64,000 bases of DNA, from assembly GCA_043228905.1 (NCBI GenBank), contig JBHGNT010000002.1, positions 21,142,001 through 21,206,000 of the forward strand. Reading direction: 5' to 3'. The DNA is from Azolla caroliniana (Eukaryota; Plantae; Polypodiophyta). Shown here one piece after another: positions 27,901 through 40,765 of this stretch. Each line of letters starts with the position of its first letter. The stretch's first letter is position 1. Both the position numbers and the translations under genes were made by a program. The notes beneath the pieces were generated by a model. That model did no database searches. It saw nothing but the letters and a program-made list of their open reading frames with translations, and had not been told where the DNA came from.

Positions 27901-30259
27901 CCTAATATATTTATTGTTATGATGAACTCTACACATGGTTCACGTCTCTAGATTTTTCTCTTCTTCAACGACACATTGTCTTCCGGCATTCCTCATGATA
28001 TCTATCCCTTTCATGTATTTCAGTTTATGCTTGTAACTAATCTCCCAACCAACTATGGCTAGCAATCAATCGTAAGATTGGTGTCTAAATAGCTCCTAGA
28101 AAACAATCTAGAGCAATTGGGTAGCAGTTACTATGAAACCCTAAACCCTATTAGGTGAGGGTTACTTGAGAAACCTAGACATCTATCTTCGGGTTTGGGT
28201 TAACTTCCTTTGGATATAGAGCGCGATATTACACATGTACTCCCAGCCCGTACCTCCTTTAATTCCATGTTCCTAAACCCTAAACCGTAAACCCAAGACA
28301 TCTGTCTTTGGGTTTGTCTTGACTTCTTTTTGCTATAAACACTACCTCGACAAACCCTCCACCTAAGAGAGTATTGCATCCCTTGTCAATGTCATAGTAC
28401 CTGTTATTGAAAGTTGTTCCACACATTGTGAATTGCCATCAATGCCATATTATGACTCCAATTTAACATATTTATTATCAATATATACAATTAAATATTC
28501 GCATTCATATGTGGTGTGCGTTTATATTACACACTAATATGAGGTGTTGAAAAATGTGGTTTGATACAAACAATATGATATGAGGTGATCATGAGTTCTT
28601 ACCAAAACGATTTTGAGAAGGCCTTTCTCCAATCTCCATTATGTTCATGAGCTTGGCCACACCATTCCACGAAGAAGATCAAAGACATTGTGACAATAAA
28701 TAATGCTCCAATGGTTATCCAAAGTTGCCAAGAGAAAGGGGAAATGAATGTCCAGAATGAAATATTACTCCTAGGTTGAAGTGGCGCAATCATTTGAAGA
28801 CTCGATTCTATATATGGCTGGGTAAAGTCTACTAACTTTAACCGGTCACTAGTGATCGTCAAATCAGCAACTACTCCATCTACGTCCTATGACCATGCAT
28901 GCATACAGTGAAAACCAATACAAACGTATTCCTGGAGCACATAATTAATTAAAACCTTATTAATCCAACTTGTTGTATGCTACGTAAATATCATTATCAA
29001 GCAGTGGAAATAATGAGTCGAATTATTCATGAGCTACATACCTTGGAGATTTACTCACACCGTTTACATCAAAGTTGCCAAGGTATGTCATGGTGCTACG
29101 ATATTCATCACACTTATTATAGTGCATACATTTTTGGCTCTTACTCCATACACTTGTACTTGATTGCACATGTATTTCTTTGAGTAAAAATTTCAATCTT
29201 TGGTATTAAATTTGCTCAAACTATTCCTTGGACCATTCTACACAAGGATTACTAACAAAGTTACTTTATCTCTTCGAAGTGAGCACATCGTACTCTCTTG
29301 AGAGTAGCTTTTCCATACAATACAACAAAACCAATTATTCACCGAATAAGCCTCTCATATTTGACTTATTTGGCGCTAAGAAATATAGATCTTGCACAAT
29401 TAATCAAATAGATCTTACAAGAATAACTAGAAAACATTACCTTGGCCAACCGATGCTTGAATAGTATATCATGGAATGTCAAAATAATTTTAGCGATGCT
29501 AAAAATTACTTTTAAAACACTCATATGTATCGGAGTTCAAACTCTTGTCCACTGGATCAAACCCTCAATTATAGATGGAATTATCAACAATTTGTTAGTG
29601 CCTATGTCAATCTTTGAACGAGATTCCATGGTAAGGGGTATGATATTAGGACAATCTTAGTAATTTGTTACATATAGTCTCGAGGTATTTTATGGACTTA
29701 GATATTAGTTTCTCCCTGTCTAGCCATGACATCCTACTTGAGGATTGCCACAATCCCTTATGTCTTTTCTATCATTAATGTGCACGTAGAAATTCTTGCT
29801 AACATAGATATAAACACATTATCGAGGTCCATTTATCATAAATGATTAACCTTAAGCGATTGATTTTTACGAAAATTAAGTGTCATTACTACAACAAAAA
29901 CAAAAAAAAATTACGTATAGCTAATGTAATACCTTAGAGACAAGCTTTTGCACAAGGTCATTATAGGTTGGGTCTACAAGGCCATCTCCATAGCCAATTA
30001 ATGTGTAATTAATACGATAATTAAGCTTCTCAACGCATTCTTGAAACACATTGATGGCGAAGCCGGAGAAATTGACGACGGAGTTGGGCGTGACCGGTAT
30101 CTCAGATGATTGCCAACTCACAAACTCCTCGAATCCAAGTTTGAGAGGAACAAGGATCTTCAAGTTGGAGGAATTGGTCCCGTGCGCAGTCGGAAATTCA
30201 GGGGAGAAGAAGATGGCAAGCACTAGGAGAGCCGTGATGAGGCGCATCCGAGCATACAT
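21984..30259 (-). CDS. GLR: Glutamate receptor-like ion channel lacking the amino-terminal domain, copy A (457 aa, 5 exons)
   Basis: Exons 30259-29933, 28886-28603, 22989-22958, 22808-22402, 22307-21984; all introns GT-AG; total 1374 nt, open frame. S1 LKILVP..GFEEFV..SGFAINVF..YNDLV..DGVVADLTITSDR..VDFTQPY; M1 PFSWQLW; 32-nt pore exon; M3 SSYIASLSS; S2 QEGSF, DESPY, GGFAFAFQKNSPL; M4 GGLF. Confidence 0.95.
23406..27644 (+). mobile_element. Degenerate Ty1/copia in GLR intron 2 (copy A), antisense to the gene
   Basis: 5' LTR 23406-24423; PBS TGGTATCAGAGC 24427-24438; integrase LVHTDV..FIDDY..DNGGEY; RT LYVDD; RNase H EAEYMAA; partial 3' LTR ~27503-27644. Confidence 0.92.
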
Positions 30260-30327
30260 GGTCGGGGGATGAGAATGAAGGCCCCAACGGGTGGCCAAGT
30301 GTGAACTGAGGGGGTGGAAGGGACGAG

Positions 30328-30412
30328 GGAGAGAGAGAGAGAGAGAGGGGTTTATATATGTAATAATGTATGTATACATACACATATACATAATATATAT
30401 CATGTATATGTA

Positions 30413-30463
<51 letters not shown>
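30328..30463 (-). promoter_or_regulatory. Putative GLR core promoter: (ATATAC)n array, TATATAAA box (30351-30358), (CT)n tract
   Basis: TATA-like box ~90 nt upstream of the ATG followed by a CT microsatellite; same arrangement at ~54950-55080 in copy B. Confidence 0.5.
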
Positions 30464-33231
30464 CAGAATGAGCAAGTCATGGTCTATTGCTCAGAGAGGA
30501 TCATCTGTAGAGAATCATGCATTTTGGTCAATCCTTCGCTGTAAGGATGGATTGATGTGTCGCTGCTAGAACCAGGAGATTCTGATTGAGCTCTCCTCGT
30601 TCGTAAGGTCATCTAAAGGGGAGACCCACAGATCATGCACTGCTCAATCGCCATTCAACTCATTGAAAAATTTAATCTGCACAGACTCATTATATTCAAA
30701 CCTCTTTTTCAGGAAATTATGTAGAGAGGAATTCTTTTGAACATCATCTGTGCGCACTACCCTCTGTATCTGTGTTGACCTTGAGGAGATTCCTACCCAG
30801 CATATTCTTCGTATTTTTTTGTTCTTTTTGGGGGGGTATTGTATCGTCTCCCATGATCCATCCTTTTTCCATAACTTCAATAACAACATAACATACAATA
30901 TGCAATTTTATTTGTCTAATCTACGAAATCTAAATAACATAATTTGGATTAGGTTTTTTTCCACATTTTTTATGGTTTTTTTTTTCATCATCTATCGTTT
31001 TGACCATATTTGCATTACTCTACTTAATATATATGGAAAATGAAGTATAAATCAAGCAAAATGTAATTTGCAATATAATGAGATAAATGTCAAAGGCCTA
31101 CTCTACTTAATCTATCATTCATAAAGTAATGGAAAGCAACATTATCCGTAATATAGTTTAGGGGAGTACAACCCCTTTTATTTATAGTTCTTCATTTCCT
31201 TTTCTTGAAGTGTTCCTATTACTCCTCCGTTAGTAGTTACCATTAAAATTTGAGCTACATATAGAACTAGATGGTGAGGAATGTCAAATGGAAATAAAAT
31301 GACAAGTCGCAATGATGAAGAGCTTATGCCAATGTTTATATGTATATAAATTAATGCATTTATATTTCTATGATTGTATGCAAATGATTGTAAAAAATGT
31401 GCGTGTGTGATTGTTATATGCATGTGTAAATGAATGAATGTATGCATTTGTATAAATTAATGATTGTATGTTTATATATGTACAAAGTACAATTGTATGT
31501 ATGTTTATGATTTTATGCATGTATTAAATGTTTCTATATGGCAAATGACTTCTCAAATTTGGCCTTTACATATTCTTTGTTCCCATATAACTTCATTGCT
31601 TCATAAAGTTACAAAGTATAGTGAAGCTTGGGGATGAAGTTTTATGATTTCATATATATGTACACATTACCACAATCATATACAAACATCCATATAATAA
31701 TTTATTCATTAACACATTCATGCACGTACATTTATACACTCGTACACATAGATACCTTACGTTTAACAATTCAATTATAAACTAGCATACATATATTCAA
31801 ACTAACATTTATACACAAGATTCTCATTCATACATACACATTCAGTCACACACATACATACTAAAATTGTTTATGTACGTGTTTTAGGTATTATGGAGCT
31901 TATGTTGGAGAAATTACCATCAACCATCCCAACACTTATATTCTCCATATAGTTGCACGATGGTATCGGGGTATACAGATGAGGATATAACATCACACTT
32001 GGCTCTCTTACAAATGCTCGAGTATGATGACCTCCGTAAGTGATTCTCTGATGCCATTGCAAACACAAACTAGGAGGACAACTCAAGTACAACCACCAGC
32101 ACCAGAACCATCACCAAAACCAAGAACACGTATAGGCACCATCAAGGGCACTTCCTACATTGTTATCATGTTGCAAATAATGCAATAAGGTTTGATTGAA
32201 AGATCCAACTAGACTGACTTGACAAGATGGAGGGTCTTGAAAGGTTTGTATGTCAAGAAACATTAGCCATATTTTAGTCCATAGTTTCTTGATTATCTTG
32301 CTTTATTTTGTTAGGACATACTAGAGGTGTACCAAAGGTCGTAACCAGTTTGACTTCTAGCATGGGCTGAAACCTACAACTGGTGGGTTTACAAATACAT
32401 CATCAACTTCCACACGATCACGCGTGACTCTAAGAATTGATTGTAATCTTGACAAGAGCCTTGATGGGATTTCTCTAGGAGTTAGGGTTTTGTTTAAAAG
32501 AGTTAGATGACCTTGTGGAGTCATACCTCCCTCAAATAGAGAGACCCATTGAAAGAGTTCATAAAGGTTTTCACATGCTCTCAATGTCATAACATGATCC
32601 TATAATAAACACGTTCGCGTTCAGAAGTGGAAGGATAGTGCATTCCATTTTTAGATTCTTTTTATAATTTTGCAAATTTATGCAATATATAGAAACTTGT
32701 TACATTAGTATCACATGTTCGTCAACCCATATAGAATTTGCTAAATTATTAATAGTTAACAAGTTTTAAAGTAAAAAACATGTATTCTTTGAATATTTAT
32801 AAAGTTGATGATCTCTGAATACAAAATTTAATTAAAATTAAGAATATGACAATTGTTTATTCAATTGAAATGCTATATTATGTAATATGCAAAGTTGGTT
32901 GAAATATTGAGAAAATCATGAGCTCCAGACATAAAATGTAATTAAATTACAGGTTACGAACATGGTGTATACAACATTTGATAGCTATAGTTAGTGATTA
33001 TGCATTATGCACTCTAATACTTAGTGAATGCGGCCCGATATAATACCTTACTCTAATGTTAGTAAGAAAGAAGAAAATCAAACATATGGACAGTATGGAC
33101 ATAAAGTCCATGTGAAATATCATCTAGAGTTTTCCCAATACACACACATGAATGAGGACATCCATACACACGTATCATATAGTGGATACACTTGGAGACT
33201 CATTATGGTCACACCCAAAAGTAAGGCTTAC

Positions 33232-33882
33232 CAAACAAGGTTCTCTACACCATGACAACGAGATCTCAACGCTTGAGCCATAGAATATCTTTGGTCCATG
33301 CTATGAAAGACCACTATTCTCCACAAGCTCGTTTTGGTCAACTTTTGCGAAATACTTCACCATTTTCTCCAATTGTTTGAACCTAAATGGTTAATCATCA
33401 TAAGAAGATCCGACCATATATTAATCGTATGGAATATCCACAATGAGTAACGTGTAATGCTTGTTTGGCAACTTCTGGATCATCTTCGGCACATCACCAT
33501 AGTACACATTATAATACAATTCTTGGGTGATATCATTTTTGTGGCTAAACTTCTTGAAAGTTCCGTAATCGTCCACATCGAATGCCTTCATTAAGCACCG
33601 ATTGTTTTGTTTCTGTGCTCTTTCAAGATGGGCAAGAAAGGAAGCTGGAAAATCATGTTTGTCTTTGACTTCTCCAGGCTTCTTGCTATGACATGGTTTC
33701 TATGTGAAACAACAAAAGAAGTAACTCATACATTGTTCACATATGTAATAAACTAGAATGGCAAATTTCAAATATGTAATACTAACCCAATCCTTAAAAG
33801 CAATAAAATATTCCGATAACTCCTTGTATGAAGATGTAATCGAATACTCTTCAGTCACTTGTTCTCATGTTAAGCAACCAAG
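33232..33882 (-). pseudogene. Spliced beta-class N6A/N4C DNA methyltransferase, N-terminal half (copy A)
   Basis: Exons 33882-33787 and 33699-33232; YYGDVPKMIQKLP...TLLIVDIPY (DIPY at 33427-33438)...RIVVFHS...ENLVW|GTAAG; in-frame stops and a frameshift. Confidence 0.7.
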
Positions 33883-34289
33883 TGTTGCCGGTTAGGAACA
33901 TGGCCTACCCTCCTTCGGGGTACGTATCAAGGTGATCGTGGTACAGGGTAGGAAATTGCATAGCGTGTGGAACGTACTGAGTTAGAGCATTGTCGTGAAA
34001 ATACGACGAGGATACGTGAACTTGAGGTAGGACCCCAGGGCTTCCGACCAAAGGATATCAGTGCGTTTATACTTTTAACAATTAACGGAAATGAGAAAAT
34101 ATTGTAATTTTTCATTAGCAAAGGAAAAGAAAATTACAATATTTCTCATTTCCGTTAATTGTTAAAAGTATAAACGCATGAATCTCATATCCTTTGGTCG
34201 GAGGACCCGGGATCCTACCTCAAGTTCACGACACTCGTCGTATTTTCGCAACATCTTTGGTGAACCCGACGTGAAACAAGGCGGTAGGA
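33883..34289 (+). mobile_element. Gypsy LTR with long internal hairpin plus tRNA-Trp PBS; element truncated
   Basis: TGTTGC...GCAACA (33883-34253); inverted arms across 33991-34253; PBS TGGTGAACCCGACGTGAA (34258-34275) complementary to the plant tRNA-Trp 3' end. Confidence 0.85.
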
Positions 34290-34830
34290 GTGGGAGTGGG
34301 AGAATACCTTGTCAAGTCTATAAAACTTTTTGCATGAATGTCACTGTAAGATTAGGGTCATTATGGATATTAGGATAAGTTAGGAAGACTTGAGGCTTTA
34401 TTGTTTGACGTATTACCTACTAAATGCATTTGTACAAGGCATTCATCTCCAATATCCTTCTGCGACCTTTGACATATTACAAATATTGGGTCGCCGATAG
34501 AAGGCATTCATCTCTTTTTGAACATAGTCCATGTGATTGAATGGTTAGTGTGGTTGAACATCTTTTTGTGGGCTACTACGATGCAATTACGAAGAGAAGG
34601 CTTGGGCACATGTCAATGTAAAAAATGTTGTCAACTACATCATGCACCCATCGTTGACAAAGAAGCTACGCCATGTATCTAGCGATAAGAGCCTGTTGGT
34701 GAACCCCTACCAAAAGCCACAAAGATTAATCAACCGCCTCATGGAGCTATTTTCAATTTTAGATTTGTTTTCTAGCACATGTATATAATATAAAACTTTT
34801 CATATCAATTTAGATTAACGTATAGTCCAA
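34290..34830. mobile_element. Second fragment of the transposase(-)/methyltransferase(+) deletion junction
   Basis: Homologous to 41970-42495; plus strand reads MVSVVEHLFVGYY...VNPYQKPQRLINRLMELFSILDLFSST. Confidence 0.8.
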
Positions 34831-34839
34831 ATACAACAA

Positions 34840-37800
34840 TTGCCGGGGAAGACCAGCCCGTAATCACCCTTCATTCTCCAAGTCGTTGTCCGCGTTGGTG
34901 TTGTCGTCACCATCGTCTAGGCTTGCCAGGTCCAGTTCGTCCTCGTGTCGCTTCTTAAATACTTTGATCCTCTTCCCTGCTACTGGCACATCTATCCGCA
35001 TCCTCTCAAGCTCCACGAGATGGTACATGCCATTGTCGTTAGCGCTCGTCACGGCGTAGGGCCCGAACCACCTCTTCGCAAATTTTCGCACTGTTTTGTG
35101 CTGATTGTTGAGGTTGTTGTCATATACCAGCAGCCAATCGCCTTCTTCAATCTCCTTCGGCCGGAGCCGGTGTGTCCGATCGAACCGGGCCTTGTTCCTT
35201 CCCCGTGTTGTGCGCAACTTCTCCCTTGCTCGCTCTACGTCCTCTGGTCTCCGTTCAAGTTGTCGAATCCACGCCGCCAATAGCTCTTCCCGGCTCATTT
35301 CGTTCCTCCAATCCACCGTGGCCCACGAAGTGATTGCCCGCTCCACCAACATAATCGGTTTATACCCGTACATCAACTCCGCCGGCATGAACCCAGTCAC
35401 CAAACTGTGCGCCAGTCCGCCCACAATGCGTAAGGTAGAAGCCGCGGCCAATTCCCAACCAGTCCTTCACACGCTCGCACCAACGCCTTCACGATTGGGC
35501 CTTGCCCTCGTTCCACCTTCCCGTTCGCCTCTGGGTTGTACGCCGTAGTGAGGGAGAGCTTGACCCCGAACCGGTCGAACAACTCTTCGACTTCCTGCGC
35601 GTCCAGCTCCCCCCAATCTGCCACAATCTTTCCTACGCACCCGTACCAGCACACCACCTCCTTAATCAGGAATCGTCATACCGCCAAAGTCGTCTTATTC
35701 TGCAGTGCGCGGACCTCCACTTGGTTCTTCAAGTCTTCTCGGGCCAGTACCAAGTACCGCATCTGTCCTACCCCCATCGACATCGTCACCAAATCTACCA
35801 TCCACTTGAAATGGACGGTTGGCGGGTAGGTCGGGTGTAGCTCGTCTCGATGCCAGATCATGGAGTGCATCTGGAAACTTTCGCACGTCGTCACGAACCA
35901 GTGCATGTCTCAGTATAGCATTAGCCACCAATACCTCTCCTTTAGCTTCTCGAATGTGACCCAAGTCTTGCGGTGACCGTCCCAAGGACTCTCATGGTAC
36001 GCCGCGAGCAGCATCTGCCGCTCCTCCTTTCCTGCCACTACTCGTAGTGGGACGCCGCCTCTCTTCTTTGGATGCTTCCATAGGTTCCCGTCCCATAGGA
36101 AGAACCGGTACGCTTTCTTCCGGACTCGGTTAGCTTCGCCTTTCGTCCAGGCGGCATCCAACGTCATTGTCTTCAGGAATCTACGAATCCTAAGACACTC
36201 CCCTTCATATTTACCCTCGTTAAATTCCCTACCCTTGTTAGGCAAGCCGACTCGAAGAAGTCCTCGCCGACTTCTTCGTCCTCCGAAACCATGCCGTCCT
36301 CGTCGTCGAACGTCGCTCTCGAAAGTATGTCGGCCATGGCGTTGTCCTTTCCGGAGATGTGTCGTACCTCCAGATTCAGGGACTTAATGTACGTGATCCA
36401 CCTGAGCATTGCTAGGTCCGGCGTCGCGCATCCGGAAACCATCCCAAGGATCGGTAGGAAGTCCGTCTCGATTATTACCTCCGTCCCGATAAGATAATCT
36501 TTATCGGCCTTGACTGCCGAAACAATACCCCAGCGCTCGCGCTTAGTTTGGGCATATCCTCATTGTCGCTCACTGAGTACCTTCGCTCTGAACCGGATAG
36601 GGACCCGTGTGCCGCCCTCGTCTTCCTGACTGATCACCCATCTTATCCATGTCGGGCTCATATCTACGGTTACATAGATCAGAACATCCTTGCTGTAAAC
36701 CGCTTTACAAAGTGTCGGTGCCGCGGTAAGCGCTTCTTTCAATCTTCGGACCGACTCCGTATGTTCCTCGTCCTAGTTGAATTTCCGCCCTTTCTTTTGC
36801 AGCCCGTGGAGTGGTTCCGCGATGTGCGCATAATGTGGAACCCAGATGTGGTAGAACGCACACACCCCCAGCAACCTCCGCACCTCCGTTACTGACTTGC
36901 ACTCCTTCTTCATCGCGGAAATGGCTTTGACCTTTGCCGGAGACGGTCTCCGGCCATAAGGCCCACACAAGTGATCGACGACCATGATTTCCGACTGTCC
37001 GAAAGCCGACTTCTCCCTGGAGAAGGTGAGCTGCGCGCCTTCTAGTCTTTGTAGCAGCTTCTCGTAGTCTCCGATGTGGTCTGAGATGAATTTCCGACAC
37101 CCGTCTGGTCTGATCGTTTCGTCCTTATCCTCCACCGGACATCCCTTGATTGGAATGTCATCCAAAAACGGCATGGTGATGTTCGGGATGCAATCCCTTA
37201 GCACCTTATTCATCGCATTCACCATGTGTGCTACCGAGTTTGTCCCCCCTTGCGGAAGCGTACACATCCACACTAGGCCGAGAGGAGTCCGCATTGTCGT
37301 AATATCCCTACTCTCCACGGCTAGTTGGAATTGGTCGTACCCCGAGTACAGATATTTGACCGAGTAAATCGACCTTCCGGCGAAGGCCTCCGTGAACTCG
37401 TCAATGGTCGGTCTGATTCCTGCGTTCCGAATGGTCACCTTGTTGACCGAGTGCAGATTCTGAATAAAGGGCAACGTGTCGTTCTTCTTAGGCATGGTTA
37501 ACCACCGTTTCAAGTATGGGGCACTCGACAGTTCAAGGATGCCCATCCACCACCTTCTGCTTCAGCAGCTCCATCAGCTTACTAGAATCAGTTTGAGATT
37601 CCATGGCACGTGCGGTACCGTGAAGATAACCATCGGCTCAACAATCGTCCGGCGAGAATGGGAAGGCCTTCCCATGCCTCCCGAGCATCCTCCGAAACCG
37701 TTCCTCCTCCGCCTGCAGTAGAAAGCCACCCCCACCAACCTTGAGCTCCCGTAGCGTTATGTTGGTGAATCGGTGTCCTATGCCGGCCAGACCCCGTAGA

Positions 37801-40217
37801 CTTTGGGTCCGACGCGACCCCTTTTATCCGTAACTCGCTGCCCTCCAGCAAGGGTGCCGCCATTGGCCTAACCTTCCGGTCCATAGTCTTGTACTTCGTA
37901 TGCACATGGGCCGTCCGATCCAACTCGACCCTCTCCCCGAAGTCGGTGATGACTTCGTACATCCTTTCTAAACTAACCGGAATCTTCCGGTCTTCGCTGA
38001 GGCCTTCTTCGAACACCTTCCTTAATTCCCCCTAGGTGTCATCGAAAGAGACCGCCTCCACGACTCCACCAATCTCATCGTCGGGGCCTAGGACTCCGCA
38101 CGCCCTGAGACGTCCCTCTGCCCATTTCTTCTCCCCGCTGTTAATGCTGGTTATCGTATGCCTCCATTGTCGGAGAACCAAAATTTCCTATCTACAGTAC
38201 AGGGTTTCCTTCCTATGGTACACGTGTGGGGTGTTTCTGGGGTGTCTGGACTATCGCGGCCCGACGCCTTGATAGCCCTCTCTAAAAATCCCCTTGGCAT
38301 TCGCCGCTAAGGGTCTTGTGGTTGCGCTCGTGGTTCGGTCACACCGTCTGAAATTGGATGAGTGTTGCCCATCTTGGCTCTTCACACGTGCGTACGCCGA
38401 ACCGTTATCCAGCACCTTCGTCTCCATGCGTGCTGCCATAATGTACGGTTCTCCGAGTATCACCGGATAAGAGGATATCTCCTGCACGAAGAAGTGCTGG
38501 TCAATCTCGACATCACAGTTTTTCACCCTTACATTTGGGCAGGCCCCGTGTAGCTCCTCCGTGGCGCACATCGCCACTCGTATTTTCCACCCGTGCTTGG
38601 TATTGATTGGCCACTTGCCCTTCTTGTAGAAGTCCATAGACATCAGGTTGATCTCTGAACCATGGTCTACCAACACCACCACCGGCTCCTAGACGTCTCC
38701 AATCCTAACCAGGGTCTCCGTAGTGGCTCTTGGCTAGTGTAGCTTTGAATAGTGGCTTTCTACCAACTCGTCCCTCCTTGCCTGTGCAATCTGGAGGTCT
38801 CGTACCATCTGCGTCAGCTCCTCTGGGCGGGCCCTTGACCACGCTGGTCGAAGTCGAGCCTATCTCAAGCCAATCCCAGGCTTCCTCCCTTCGCGCTGAT
38901 GGGGGTCCCTCGAGCTTCTTTGCTGCAACCGCTCCTGCTTCCGATGAGGTCTTGTCGGCCCACTCACGCCGTTTGTCGAAACGGCCACAGACCCCTTTTA
39001 CCATGGCCCAGTCGGCCATCAGCCCATCGTCCGTTTCCAGCAGGAGACCCACTTGCTCCCGATCCCGCTCGTCCACAGCTTTGATGAATAAAAGAACATG
39101 GCTCGTGTCCAATATGGTCCTATCCAATGCCGAAAGTCATGCAAAGCGTTCCTCAAACTCCCAGAGGAGCACCGACGCATTCCTCCCCTTCCCAGGCGTC
39201 TCTACCCAATCCACGAAGTCCCGCTTCGTTAACCGAAGCGCGTCATCAAGCCCATACAGTTCGAGGAGCCACACTTTGAATTCTCCCCAGGTCCGACATC
39301 CAACTTGCACCTCGAGCACCTCTGCGTGGATGCCTAGTGTCGCCCCAAGGGAACCCAACCAGACGCCTTTCCTCCGGGATGTCCCTCATCACCATTTCGG
39401 CTCGGTAGGCCACCAAATAACTCATGGCATCCTTCCCATCGAACCGGCCTATTGTGACGACAATTGCTTCAATGGCCCTGTCGAGGGCACCCATGCCCTC
39501 ACAAGCACTTACTATCTGATCGACTGCTGCCGCCATGGCTTCGGCGAGCTCTGATCCCCTCATCTTCGATTCCTCTATCACCTTGTTTCATGTCGGGTTC
39601 ACCAAATAATGTCGTGTTATTCTGCACGCGTAGGAGAAACCAAGGCGGAACTGCGGGGGCCCTAAACCTGGGAATAGCTGGACAGAAGGAGGAGCACACG
39701 AACATACGGCCCAACCGCGCACACACAGATTCACAGAGACCTCACAAACAAGGTCCAACAACGAGTGAGGCGAATGTGTATATATATATATAATCAAGAT
39801 TACAGCCGGCTAGCCGGCAAGTGCCAACTTGCTGACACCAACTTACACAACGCACACAACAACAAGAGATGGACCCTCTGCTGGAAGCACTCGGGCTTTC
39901 CACGAAGCAGAGGCTACCTCCCCAAACCCTGCAGAAAATGATGAAAGATAGAGGAGAAGAGCTCGGTTCCAGTCCGATAGCACTTAGTCCTCGACAAAAG
40001 CGATCCCTCTCTCGGCCTTCATCATCTTTATTCTCTGTCATTTCGGACAAAGATACACTACCATTTCCTAAACAATAAATGTGTACTACCTACTATCTTC
40101 ACATCAACTGAATTCCTCCTAAGTATGTACAAGTTATTTAATAACGTGCCCACACGTAAGGGCCAATTCTTGCGCATATTTCCCTGATTCCTCCTAGGGG
40201 CGGTTTTCTCCATGACA
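34840..40217 (-). mobile_element. Degenerate Ty3/gypsy (5' LTR 39610-40217, PBS-Trp, gag, PR, RT, RNase H, integrase); 3' LTR absent
   Basis: PBS TGGTGAACCCGACATGAA at 39587-39604 (minus); protease LVDHGSE; RT LPQGGTNS..PFLDD; integrase YNPEANGKVERG, WFGPY. Confidence 0.92.
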
Positions 40218-40765
40218 ACGCTTTGACTCCTGCCGCTTGTGGAGGGTTTGGAACTGCTATCGGCACTATCTCTGTGCCTTGGGTTCTGCTCTTGTCGGCC
40301 GCTTGCATTGCTGCCGACCCACCTCATTCTCCACGCCCACAGGCCCAATCCGCCTTCGTGTAAAACAGCCGATTGTCCGATTGAGTGGTCCTTGACACAC
40401 TTGTGTGGTTTTCTTTGAATTGACATATCCCTACCGTTGTGCTAGACCACTGAGGAAGATCTCGCCCTCGTCCAATGTCACGTTATTAGAACCGAGTGCG
40501 TCACACATCTCCTTGGTCTTGGTGGTGTAATCGGTAACCGACATGCCTTTTGTCAGATATTGTTGAGCTCTTGTCGGAGCTGCAACGTCTGAGCTATGGT
40601 ACTTGCGACGAAAATCTTCTGAAGATTTTCCCAGGCCTCCTTCTGTGACTTTGCATCTTTGATGTAGCCTAGCATCTAGTCGTCCACATAGGACACGAGG
40701 CAATACAACACTCTGCTCGCTCCTTGCTCCCATACCGGGAAGTCCTTGTGTGCCGAATTCGGTGT
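40218..40765 (-). mobile_element. Copia gag fragment (same family as 8830-9390)
   Basis: PNSAHKDFPVWEQGASRVLYCL shared with ORF 9266-9511. Confidence 0.85.

Larger units (their letters stand above)
14428..34289. repeat. Segmental tandem duplication, copy A (paralog of 40763-59462)
   Basis: Collinear shared content: transposase remnant, integrase remnant, GLR gene, intronic copia, methyltransferase remnant, hairpin LTR and PBS. Confidence 0.95.

Noticed and set aside
28136-28295. AAACCCTAAACCCTA telomere-like motifs in GLR intron 2 (also ~52772-52925)
   Set aside because: Only 2-3 units; such motifs are common in plant repeats and give no sign of a fusion site.
29228-29660. ORFs identical in both duplicates (29228-29660 and 53852-54284)
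   Set aside because: Intronic, non-ATG starts; identity reflects recent duplication or conversion, not coding constraint.
30260-30475. N-terminal extension MLILYIYIYIYI... of ORF 29921-30475
   Set aside because: It is a translation of the (ATATAC)n microsatellite from a non-ATG start; the likely start is ATG 30259 (or 30247).
31871-32600. Short minus-strand ORFs downstream of the DIPY exon (also 57035-57760) as the next MTase exon
   Set aside because: No WxK, QKP or FxGxG motif found in the frames I read; identity unresolved.
38730-39554. 274-aa plus-strand ORF
   Set aside because: Antisense shadow of the GC-rich gypsy gag.
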